Assembly (NCBI GenBank): GCA_016926735.1
Contig: JAFGOA010000140.1
Span: 1-22,138 of the forward strand
Length of the DNA stretch: 22,138 bases
Direction: 5' to 3'
Source of the DNA: Promethearchaeota archaeon
Lineage (GTDB): Archaea; Asgardarchaeota; Lokiarchaeia; Sigyniarchaeales; SOKP01
Below the pieces are notes generated by a model. The model was given only the letters and a program-made list of their open reading frames with translations. It did no database searches and was not told the DNA's origin. Below are positions 8,774-17,373 of this stretch, in pieces. Each line of letters opens with the position of its first letter. Position 1 is the stretch's first letter. Position numbers and translations under genes: made by a program.

Positions 8774-9982
8774 ATGGATAAACCTATCGTATCTTTGGCT
8801 CGCAATGAAAATATAGAATTGGCAGTAATACAAGCTTTAGATCAATTGAAACTTCCCAATTTCAATAATAAAACAATATTACTAAAACCAAATGTTGGAA
8901 GAGAAACAGACCCAAAATTAGGAATAAATACAAATCCTGATGTTGTATTAGCTGTTTTTAATTATTTAAATAAGAAATTTAAAGCAACGTTTTTATTAGG
9001 AGATTCTCCAATTATCAATACAGACACAAAAAAAGCTTTTTTACAGTCAGGTTATTCTAAAATAATTGAGAATGATAAAGTTCAATTTATTGACTTGGAT
9101 AGACTCCCACCTATTACTTTAAAGATACCAAAGGGAAAAATTATAAAGGAAATAAAAGTTACAGGATATTGGAATGAAATTGATTGTATAATCTCAATTC
9201 CAGTATTAAAAATGCATATGCATTGTGGAGCCTCATTGAGTTTTAAGAATCTAAAGGGGCTTATTTATAAAAGAGATAAAATTAAACTCCATCATCTTCA
9301 ATCTCCGGAAATTATAGAAGAATTAAAACCAACTATAAGTAAAATCAAGGAACTTGATGTAGCAATTTCAGATCTTTCATATATTTTTAAACCCGAATTG
9401 GTAATAATTGATGCTTCTTATGCTTTAGAAGGGATGGGGCCTTCATCAGGAAATGCTGTTAAAATGGATACAATTATTGCTTCAACTAATTTTCTTGCAG
9501 CAGATATAATTGCTATCGCATTAACCCGTGAAGATTGGAGTTTAATTGATGTTCCTCATTTAAAATTAATATCAGAGTTAGAAAAAGAAAACCCAAAATC
9601 ATTTCATGATATAATAACTATTCCAAATAATATTCAGATATTTAAAAGAAATTTAGAGCCACCACCAACTACTATCACAATAAAATATAGCAATGTAAAC
9701 CTTATTAGTGAACAAGCATGTTCTGCATGTTTATCAACAGTTACAAATTTACTACAAAACAATATAGAATTTATTAATAAACATTACACTTCTGAAAATC
9801 CCTTAAGAATTGCAATAGGTAAAGGATTGAATGAATCTAATTTGTATCAAGATACATTGCTTATTGGAAACTGCACTTTTAACTTTAAAGATAAGGGAAT
9901 ATTTATAAAAGGATGTACTCCTGTCGAATCAACCATAATAGAGGTTATAAAGAAAAGTTTGGATAATAGAATTAAATTATAA
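8774..9982 (+). CDS. DUF362 family protein with C-terminal Cys motifs (putative Fe-S)
   Basis: 'ILLKPN', 'TNPDVV', 'PVLKMH...SL..KNL.G', 'IIDA...EG.GP..G', 'D.IA'. C-terminal CSAC, GNC and GCTP. Confidence 0.8.
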   Translation: MDKPIVSLARNENIELAVIQALDQLKLPNFNNKTILLKPNVGRETDPKLGINTNPDVVLAVFNYLNKKFKATFLLGDSPIINTDTKKAFLQSGYSKIIENDKVQFIDLDRLPPITLKIPKGKIIKEIKVTGYWNEIDCIISIPVLKMHMHCGASLSFKNLKGLIYKRDKIKLHHLQSPEIIEELKPTISKIKELDVAISDLSYIFKPELVIIDASYALEGMGPSSGNAVKMDTIIASTNFLAADIIAIALTREDWSLIDVPHLKLISELEKENPKSFHDIITIPNNIQIFKRNLEPPPTTITIKYSNVNLISEQACSACLSTVTNLLQNNIEFINKHYTSENPLRIAIGKGLNESNLYQDTLLIGNCTFNFKDKGIFIKGCTPVESTIIEVIKKSLDNRIKL

Positions 9983-10016
9983 TTTTTAATTGTAATAAAA
10001 AGTTAGAAAAAAAAGG

Positions 10017-10400
10017 TTATTTTAAATTAAATCCGCAATAAGGACAATAATTGCCTCTTTCCCGATTTCCTTGTTTGGAACCACAATTGGGACAATAATG
10101 ATGAATGTTTTCACCCTCAATATTAGAAAAATCATTTGGAGTCTTGGTATAAATCTTTATTTCATTCTGCCTATCCACATTAGGAACTACAGTTTGAGTG
10201 GAATATTGTGTGTGCACTAATACCGTTTTTTGACAAATAGAATCACAATGAATACATCTATTTTCAGGTTTATTGAAATAAATAGCTAAATAGATTAATA
10301 CTCCGATTCCTGCTGTAAAAATAGCTAATATAATTAAAAGGACCCAATTGATTTCTTCTCTTTGAGTGTTAACTTCCATTTCACATTTAGGACAATACAT
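10017..10400 (-). CDS. LITAF-like Zn-ribbon membrane protein with C-terminal zinc ribbon (paralog 1)
   Basis: CPKC-x42 (central hydrophobic stretch)-CIHC, then a linker and CPNC...CPYC. SD-like GGTGA upstream. Confidence 0.75.
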   Translation of the reverse strand: MYCPKCEMEVNTQREEINWVLLIILAIFTAGIGVLIYLAIYFNKPENRCIHCDSICQKTVLVHTQYSTQTVVPNVDRQNEIKIYTKTPNDFSNIEGENIHHYCPNCGSKQGNRERGNYCPYCGFNLK

Positions 10401-10452
10401 ATTTTTAAAATCACCAAATTTTTTATATTTACTAATTAGGAAAAGATTAAAA

Positions 10453-10480
10453 TAATATTAAAACAATTTTTAGACCAATT
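10453..10480 (-). promoter_or_regulatory. Duplicated upstream/promoter motif, copy 1
   Basis: taatattaaaacaatttttagaccaatt is 23/28 identical (ungapped) to 10984-11011. It begins 53 nt from the paralog 1 ATG. Confidence 0.6.
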
Positions 10481-10527
10481 TTTAATTTCTATATTTTAAA
10501 ATATTATATATATGAAAAAAAAGGAAT

Positions 10528-10932
10528 TTAGAGTTTTTCTCCACAGAAAGCACAGTATTCTGGATTATTATTATCTAATTCATGACCACATAGAGAACAA
10601 TGATTAATTTTTTCACCGCTAATTTCAATTAATGACTCTTCTCTATAATTCATTGAATCTTTAATATTTGCTAGATACGGATTATTTTTATTTTGATTCG
10701 TTTGGTTATAAGTATATAATTGATTATGTACTCTTTTATTATTCTCGATTGGAGTAGCATAATTTCCACAATGAATACAAACATTCTTGCTTTTAGTGTT
10801 ATGAATCCAAATATAAATTAATAACCCAATTCCTGCAGAAAAAATCAGAAGAAGTATTGCTAATGGTATGTTAATTTTCTCTCTTTTAAGTAAAACATTC
10901 TGTTTACATTCTCGACAGTATCCAAAACTCAT
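10528..10932 (-). CDS. LITAF-like Zn-ribbon membrane protein with C-terminal zinc ribbon (paralog 2)
   Basis: CREC-x42-CIHC, then an N/Q-rich linker and CSLC...CAFC. Confidence 0.75.
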   Translation of the reverse strand: MSFGYCRECKQNVLLKREKINIPLAILLLIFSAGIGLLIYIWIHNTKSKNVCIHCGNYATPIENNKRVHNQLYTYNQTNQNKNNPYLANIKDSMNYREESLIEISGEKINHCSLCGHELDNNNPEYCAFCGEKL

Positions 10933-10983
10933 TTATGTTCATCATTAATTTAATGTTCTTCTTATTTTAAATAAAAAAAATTA

Positions 10984-11011
10984 TAATATTAAAAACATCT
11001 TTAGTCCAGTT
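10984..11011 (-). promoter_or_regulatory. Duplicated upstream/promoter motif, copy 2
   Basis: taatattaaaaacatctttagtccagtt begins 52 nt from the paralog 2 ATG. The minus strand contains TATA-like TTTTAATA. Confidence 0.6.
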
Positions 11012-11076
11012 ATTAGAGAAAAACTATATATGATATAATTAAACAATTAAAAAAGAAAATAGGATTCTAAGAAATT

Positions 11077-11475
11077 TTATAATTTATTTCCACAACTTGA
11101 ACAATATCTAAGACCTGGTTCAATTTTTTCTCCACATAAAGAACAATATTCAGGTTTTTTACCTGATAAAACTTCCGTTTCAATTTCATCTGAGGATTCA
11201 AGTGTAAAATCAGCAATATATTCATCATCAGTTCGGAAATTTTGCTGAACTCTATATGGATTAGGAGAATTTTGAATTCCATTTATAACTGGTTGTTGAA
11301 CTATTGAATTACAATGAACACATCTGTTTTCGGGTTTAGAACTCCAAATTGCCAAATAAATAATCAATCCAAGAATCGCTGTAAAAATAGTCAATATAAT
11401 TGCCAATAATATGTTAATATCCTCTCTTTTTGTTAGAACCTGTTGTTGACAATGTTCACAAAAACCAGTTGCCAT
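11077..11475 (-). CDS. LITAF-like Zn-ribbon membrane protein with C-terminal zinc ribbon (paralog 3)
   Basis: CEHC-x42-CVHC, then an acidic linker and CSLC...CSSC. Shares 'RE.IN..L.I.L.IFTA..G..IYLAI...KPENRC.HC' with paralog 1. Confidence 0.75.
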   Translation of the reverse strand: MATGFCEHCQQQVLTKREDINILLAIILTIFTAILGLIIYLAIWSSKPENRCVHCNSIVQQPVINGIQNSPNPYRVQQNFRTDDEYIADFTLESSDEIETEVLSGKKPEYCSLCGEKIEPGLRYCSSCGNKL

Positions 11476-11579
11476 TTTTCAAACCTTAAATTATTTTATT
11501 ATTTATTAAATAAAAATATCTAAAAGAAATTAAGCATTGAGTTTTATTAAATTTTGTTCTATCTTTATCAGGAAAAAAA

Positions 11580-12002
11580 TTATTTAGTAGATTCGTGATG
11601 CCATCCACAATAAGGACAAATTTTTGCATCATAATCAATATCTTTTTTACAATTATCACAACTAATAAATTTTCTTGATTCTTCTAATTTGGTTTCCTTT
11701 ATTTCTTTTTTTGCATCTAATTTTTCTAAGAGATGAATTACTGGGACTTTAGGACCAGGAACATCCTCAGGTTTTTTATAGAATTGTACTATGTTATTAC
11801 ATATAGGGCAATATTTTCTTTTTTGAATAAATAGTCTATATATAATAAAAACAAGTAAACCAATACCTAATGATGCAATACTGGCTATAACAATTATTTG
11901 ATAATGAAATGATTCTAATTTTGTTTTTTTTGCTTTCTTTACTGGTTTTCCACATTGTTTACAATATGCATACTTATTTCTTATCGCCATATTTATACCC
12001 AA
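11580..12002 (-). CDS. LITAF-like Zn-ribbon membrane protein with C-terminal zinc ribbon (divergent paralog 4)
   Basis: CKQC-x47 (hydrophobic 'IIVIASIASLGIGLLVFII')-CPIC, then CDNC...CPYC. The real start is probably the ATG of 'MAIRNK'. Confidence 0.7.
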   Translation of the reverse strand: MGINMAIRNKYAYCKQCGKPVKKAKKTKLESFHYQIIVIASIASLGIGLLVFIIYRLFIQKRKYCPICNNIVQFYKKPEDVPGPKVPVIHLLEKLDAKKEIKETKLEESRKFISCDNCKKDIDYDAKICPYCGWHHESTK

Positions 12003-12222
12003 TACTAAATTATTATAATATTATTATATTTATTCAATTTATAATAATTGATTAATTCTTTATATTATTTCAACTATTTATTAAAATTTTATAAAAATCT
12101 ATAATTCTATATAAAAAATACTTATTTTTTAAGATTTTAAATAAAATTAATAACCTAATTACATAGTAATTAAAATAGAATTAATATAACATTAAAGTAA
12201 TGACAAATTATTATCTTTCTAA

Positions 12223-12864
12223 TTGTTTAAAAAAATTATTGGGTATGAATATTTGAATAAAAAATCTTTTTTTTTTGTTTTGGACGGAATAGATGGAAGT
12301 GGTACTACAACTCATACAAAATTATTAGCAGGATTTTTAGAAAACGAAGGATATAAAGTGCATATTACTCAAGAACCAACGAAAAGTGATATTGGAATAC
12401 TTCTAAGAAAAATATTAAAAAATTCAGAGATTCCTCCTTCTACAGATGCATTATTATTTGCTGCTGATCGAGATTTTCATTATAATTTTGAGATTAAGAA
12501 GAAACTTGATGAAGGATTTATTGTTATTTCCGATAGATATATAGAAGCATCAATTGTATATCAGTGCTCTCAATCAGAGGATATCTCTGTAGAATGGATC
12601 AAATTAATCAATAAATTTGTGGGAAAACCAGATCTTATGATTATATTAGATATTGATCCTAAAATAGCGTTACTTAGAAAGAAAAATAATGAATTAGAAA
12701 AATTTGAGAATTTCGAATTTTTAAAAAAAGTAAGGGATTTTTATATAAAAAGAGCTGAGAATGAGAAGTATAATATTATAAATTCTGATGATATTATAGA
12801 AATTACGCAAGAAAAAATTCAAAATATAGTTTTAAATTATATAACTAAGATTAATGCTAATTAA
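12223..12864 (+). CDS. tmk: Thymidylate (dTMP) kinase
   Basis: 'DGIDGSGTTT' P-loop, 'TQEP', 'LLFAADR', 'VISDRY..S..YQ', 'PDL...LD'. The start may be about 10 codons downstream. Confidence 0.9.
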   Translation: MFKKIIGYEYLNKKSFFFVLDGIDGSGTTTHTKLLAGFLENEGYKVHITQEPTKSDIGILLRKILKNSEIPPSTDALLFAADRDFHYNFEIKKKLDEGFIVISDRYIEASIVYQCSQSEDISVEWIKLINKFVGKPDLMIILDIDPKIALLRKKNNELEKFENFEFLKKVRDFYIKRAENEKYNIINSDDIIEITQEKIQNIVLNYITKINAN

Positions 12865-12925
12865 AATGATTATCTAATTGTTTATTCCATTCTAAATGAA
12901 AAGAGAATAAGTTGTTGATAGAAAA

Positions 12926-14182
12926 TTGTCTGATAACATGATATTTAGTGAAAAAAGATTATATAGTTATGTAAATGATTTTTGTTTTCCTCGTTTAGCA
13001 GGTACAGAATCAGAGAAAAAAGCAGTAAATATAATCTATGATAAATTTTTAGAAATAGGATTTCCTAAAGAGAACATAAATCAAGAACCATTTCAATTTT
13101 CAGATTTTTACTCAACTCTATTAATTAAATTAATATCAATGATTAATTTAATATTTTTATTAATAATTGTTCTTCTTATTTATCTTGATATATTAGCGTC
13201 TCTATTAATGTTAAGTGTATTATTTATTATAACGCTTTTAATTATTCGAGCACTTAAAACTCCCGAATCTCCTAAATTTTGGGGTAAATATTATGGACAA
13301 ATGCTGGATGCAACAAATATTTATGTGAAAATTCCAGGAAAAGAATTAAATAATTATGATTTAGGGGATATAATAATTTCTGCTCATTTAGATTCAAAAT
13401 CGCAATCATTTAATACTAAATGGAGAGTACTTATTTATAGAATTTGGTTATTCAATGGAATTATCCTAATTGTTTTTTATTTTTTATTTTTATTAATGGC
13501 TTTTGGACATATTAAAATTCCCTTACGTTTATTAGAAATAGGAATCTGGATTCCCACGATATTAATTTCAATTGCAAATTTATTTCTTATGAATCTTAAT
13601 ACGCATAATAAATCTCCCGGAGCATTAGATAATGCTACGGGTATGGCAATAGTATTTGAACTTAGTTCTTTTTTTCTAAAAAATCCTTTAAAGAAATATA
13701 ATTTATGGTTTTGTCAATTTTCTGCAGAAGAATTAGGAACAATGGGATCTCGAGTTTTTTTAAAGAGACATGAAAATGAAATCAACAAAAAAGAAATATT
13801 TCAAATTAATCTCGATATGATTTCGTGTAAAGATCATAGAAATAATCAAATAGAATACCATAAAACTAAAGGATTATTTCATAGAAAAGTTATTTCTCCT
13901 ATATTAAAAAATTATTTTGAAAGAAATGCTGATAAATATCATATTAAACTACATGGTTTTCATCTAACTACGGGAGCACATACAGATACCGTACCATTCC
14001 ATTTAAGAAACATTGAAGCAATTGATATAATCACAAGAGCTGCCGCTACATGGAGTCATACAAAAAAAGATACTTTAGATAAAGTTGATTTTGAAGTTTT
14101 AAAAGAAACATGTGTTTTATTAAAAAATGTTCTTATTGACATGGATGTTCATTTGATTAAATGCAATAATACAAGACTGTAG
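12926..14182 (+). CDS. M28 family metallopeptidase with inserted transmembrane hairpins
   Basis: 'PRLAGT..E', 'SAHLDS', 'GALDNATG', 'SAEELG..GS', 'NLDMI', 'TD..PF', 'HT..DT', plus two hydrophobic hairpin insertions. Confidence 0.88.
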   Translation: MSDNMIFSEKRLYSYVNDFCFPRLAGTESEKKAVNIIYDKFLEIGFPKENINQEPFQFSDFYSTLLIKLISMINLIFLLIIVLLIYLDILASLLMLSVLFIITLLIIRALKTPESPKFWGKYYGQMLDATNIYVKIPGKELNNYDLGDIIISAHLDSKSQSFNTKWRVLIYRIWLFNGIILIVFYFLFLLMAFGHIKIPLRLLEIGIWIPTILISIANLFLMNLNTHNKSPGALDNATGMAIVFELSSFFLKNPLKKYNLWFCQFSAEELGTMGSRVFLKRHENEINKKEIFQINLDMISCKDHRNNQIEYHKTKGLFHRKVISPILKNYFERNADKYHIKLHGFHLTTGAHTDTVPFHLRNIEAIDIITRAAATWSHTKKDTLDKVDFEVLKETCVLLKNVLIDMDVHLIKCNNTRL

Positions 14183-14255
14183 TCATCTCATACCCTATTT
14201 AAGATTATAAAAGGAATAGTGATTATTTCTAAAATAAAAAATATTTAAATTATAA

Positions 14256-14795
14256 CTAATTAAGTATCTCTTCAATTTCTTTTTGAATTTCAATAATTCT
14301 TTTTTTAGCTCTATTTAAAATGTCTGATTCTCCATATTTACTAAACCAATGATCAAATCTTTCATTTATTGATACTTTATTAATGCCTTTTATGTATTTA
14401 TCTGCTAAACAAATTATTTTTTCTTCAATAGTGTATGGCAGATAATTTTTTTTAGGTAATCCCAATTCTTTAGCTTCATCTTTATCTATTCCACCTAATA
14501 TATGAGTTTCACAAATTCGGAAAATTTTCGGAGATATTCCTTCCATTTTGAGAATTGAAGCACCAATTAGGCCATGATCGAATCCATGAGATTTTGACCT
14601 TCCTATATCATGTAATAGCCCTCCGATTTCTATTAATTTTCTATCAATTCTTATATTTTTGAGTTTATCAGCAATTTCCAATGCTTTATTCGCCACTTGG
14701 ATAGAATGTTGTATGATTGAGGGGGCAAGATTTACAGATTCTAAAAGTTTCAATGCAGAATTACGATCCGGGATATTATATTGCTCATTTTTCAT
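14256..14795 (-). CDS. HD (HDIG) domain phosphohydrolase, archaeal TIGR00295-like
   Basis: 'HS..VA', 'LLHDIGR', 'HG..GA.IL', 'ETHI..GI', 'P.TIEEKIICLADK'. Confidence 0.88.
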   Translation of the reverse strand: MKNEQYNIPDRNSALKLLESVNLAPSIIQHSIQVANKALEIADKLKNIRIDRKLIEIGGLLHDIGRSKSHGFDHGLIGASILKMEGISPKIFRICETHILGGIDKDEAKELGLPKKNYLPYTIEEKIICLADKYIKGINKVSINERFDHWFSKYGESDILNRAKKRIIEIQKEIEEILN

Positions 14796-14909
14796 TTTAT
14801 ATCTTTAATTATACAAATATATATAGATTTAAATATTATTCACTAAAATCAACATTTTTCTCTATTGATATAAGGTACAAAATATATCAAGATAATGAAA
14901 ATTATTTAA

Positions 14910-15413
14910 TTATTCTATTCTTTTTATATGGGGATATTTACCAGTTAAAAATCCCCCAATGACTCCCCCTAAGATTCCACTTAACATTGCACCCAAAACA
15001 CCACCAATAGTAATTCTTAATTGTACTCCTTGAAATAAAGCCATTAAATCTTCTCCAGAAAAAATATTGAACAATATCCACATTAAAAATACAATAATTA
15101 TAACTGAGAAACTAGCCATTATTCCTCTTTTTACCCCAATTGAAAGAGCTCCCGCAACAAATCCTATGAATGCACATCCAAAAAATGCTGGTAGAAAAAA
15201 AGTTTGTATAGAATAATTTGGCCAAGACATAAAAAATCCAATAATATCGAATTTAAAATTAGCTCCAATTAAAACACTTGTTGCTTGGAAAAAATTTCCG
15301 TTAGTATCCATAATTAATTGTGCTGTTTCTAAAGATTCCCACGCATTAAATATCGCTACACTTATAAAACTTAATAAAATCCCTATAACAACCCCTATTA
15401 ATAATTTAGCCAA
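14910..15413 (-). CDS. Gly-rich integral membrane protein (about 4 TM)
   Basis: TTG-start 167-aa hydrophobic ORF with GxxxG repeats ('GGVLGAMLSGILGGVIGG'). Confidence 0.75.
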   Translation of the reverse strand: MAKLLIGVVIGILLSFISVAIFNAWESLETAQLIMDTNGNFFQATSVLIGANFKFDIIGFFMSWPNYSIQTFFLPAFFGCAFIGFVAGALSIGVKRGIMASFSVIIIVFLMWILFNIFSGEDLMALFQGVQLRITIGGVLGAMLSGILGGVIGGFLTGKYPHIKRIE

Positions 15414-15679
15414 AATCTTTTCCTTTAAATATATTAATTTTTATAATTATAGAAATAATAGTGATATATTAGTTCTTCTAATTATTTTTTGTTTTTTATT
15501 ATATTAAAATTATAAAAAAGATAGGAATTGAATATCCAAAGAATATAAAGTTTTATTATAAAAATAAAGAATCCGTAATCTAAAAATTAATTCTATTCAA
15601 TAAAATATTAAAATTATGCATTATTCACTTTATTAATTGTTATATAGATTATTTTTTTAATAAAATCTAGGTTTATAAT

Positions 15680-16498
15680 TTGGCTAGAAAGAAAAAGAGA
15701 TCAGAAGAAACTCAAAATACAAAGGAGATTTCAAAGGAAAAAGGTACTTTAGTAGATTTTGAGGAAGACTTTGAGGAAGATCTTGATATTGAAGAAGAAC
15801 TTGAATTGTTAAACACTGATGATTTAGATGTACTTGAAGAAGAGAAAAATCTAATCGTAGATAAAGACGAGGAAAAAAAGAATTTATTTTTAAGCTGTGG
15901 TATTCATATTGGAACAAAATTACTAACAGGAGATGCTCGGAGATTTATTTACCGTCAAACAAATTATGGTTTATATGTGATAGATCTAACAGAGACAGAA
16001 AAACGGCTGAAAATAGCAGCTAATTTACTTAGTAAATTTGTAGAAGAAGGTAGTGATAAAGTTATTGTTTCTTCGGTAAGACGATATGGAAAAGAACCAG
16101 TCAAGAAATTTTGTGAAGCATTGGGTTGTAAAGCAATAGTAAATCGTTTTATTCCAGGATCTTTAACAAATCCAAATATTGATACTTATATTAAAGATGC
16201 AAGTGCTGTAGTAATTGTTGATCCTCATGCGGATAAAGTAATACTTAATGAGGCCCAATTAGCTCGAGTCCCTATAATATCCTTATTTGATACAGATGAC
16301 TCTTTAAAAGGGATAGATTTGGCAATTCCTGCAAATAATAGAGGTAAAAAAGCTTTAGGATTAGCATTTTGGCTTCTTGCGAAAGAGATCTCGATTCAAT
16401 TAGGTAAGATTTCAAGCGAAGATGATTTTCCTTATACACTTGAAGATTTTACTTCAAAGATTGTTCCATACTATAGTAAACAACAAGCAAAAAAATAA
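15680..16498 (+). CDS. rps2: 30S ribosomal protein uS2 (archaeal type) with N-terminal basic/acidic extension
   Basis: 'GIHIGT', 'FIY.....GLYVIDL..T..RL..AA', 'RFIPGSLTNP', 'DPHAD...EA....VP.I...DTD', 'IDLAIPANNRG.KAL.L.FWLLA.E'. Confidence 0.95.
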   Translation: MARKKKRSEETQNTKEISKEKGTLVDFEEDFEEDLDIEEELELLNTDDLDVLEEEKNLIVDKDEEKKNLFLSCGIHIGTKLLTGDARRFIYRQTNYGLYVIDLTETEKRLKIAANLLSKFVEEGSDKVIVSSVRRYGKEPVKKFCEALGCKAIVNRFIPGSLTNPNIDTYIKDASAVVIVDPHADKVILNEAQLARVPIISLFDTDDSLKGIDLAIPANNRGKKALGLAFWLLAKEISIQLGKISSEDDFPYTLEDFTSKIVPYYSKQQAKK

Positions 16499-16520
16499 AA
16501 ATAAAATATTATTTTTAAAT

Positions 16521-17300
16521 TTAAATTAATTTGTTATATATTTTTTTCAAAATCTGATATGTTTGATTATCATTAGATAAATCAAGCAAATTTTTTCCAG
16601 AAATATTAATCTCATTAATGTTATTATCATTTGGTACGATTCCTAATAATGTGAGATTTTTTATATTCATTTTATTTATTTCATTAGATAAAAAGTCTTT
16701 TAAATGTTCGGGAAATCGATTAGCTATGACAAAAATGTTTTTAAAATTCAAATTAACTTCATTTGTTATTTCTAAAATTCTTTTTATAGTATGAATACTC
16801 ATTTTAGATGGATCTGTGATTATTACCAGCTCTTCGACATCACGACTCATTTTCCGAGAAAAATGTTCTAATCCCGCTGGAGAATCTATTATTGTTATAT
16901 CATAATTTTGTGAGAGCGTATCTATTACATTTTTAACAACATTATTCACAGAACAATAACATCCCTCTCCTTCTGACCTTCCCATCTCTAATAAATCAAA
17001 ATTATCCATTTCTAAAAGGGTATCAAATATTTCAGATTCAATAATACTATTTTTAGGCATATTTGGAGGAAATTCTCTCCTTAATATTTTTTTTTTAAGA
17101 TCTGTCATTTTTCCTCCAACTGTCTGATTGAAATTTATCTCTCTTCCAATTAGATCTCCAATATTTGCATCAGGATCAGCATCAATTACTAAAATATTCT
17201 TAAATTTTTTTGAATCAATTAGATATTTCAAAAAGAGAACTAATAAAGTAGATTTACCAACCCCACCCTTACCACTAAAAGATATAATTCTTGAATTCAT
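16521..17300 (-). CDS. cooC: CooC/AcsF-type nickel-insertion ATPase (MinD/ParA-like)
   Basis: Deviant Walker A 'GKGGVGKS', 'IDADP..N', metal-binding 'EGEGCYC', 'D..AGLEHFSR'. Confidence 0.88.
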   Translation of the reverse strand: MNSRIISFSGKGGVGKSTLLVLFLKYLIDSKKFKNILVIDADPDANIGDLIGREINFNQTVGGKMTDLKKKILRREFPPNMPKNSIIESEIFDTLLEMDNFDLLEMGRSEGEGCYCSVNNVVKNVIDTLSQNYDITIIDSPAGLEHFSRKMSRDVEELVIITDPSKMSIHTIKRILEITNEVNLNFKNIFVIANRFPEHLKDFLSNEINKMNIKNLTLLGIVPNDNNINEINISGKNLLDLSNDNQTYQILKKIYNKLI

Positions 17301-17373
17301 AACATAAGAAAATTATAATATATATAATAGGAATAAATAATAATACTAAAAACCTTTTTTTTTAAAATATCAA

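Noticed and set aside
11067-11282. 71-aa same-strand alternate-frame ORF in paralog 3
   Set aside because: It overlaps the Cys-conserved frame. The main frame is complete, so there is no need to invoke a frameshift.
14717-14962. 81-aa plus-strand ORF
   Set aside because: It overlaps two minus-strand genes and AT-rich spacer, with non-protein-like composition.
15684-15917. 77-aa minus-strand ORF
   Set aside because: Antisense to rps2.
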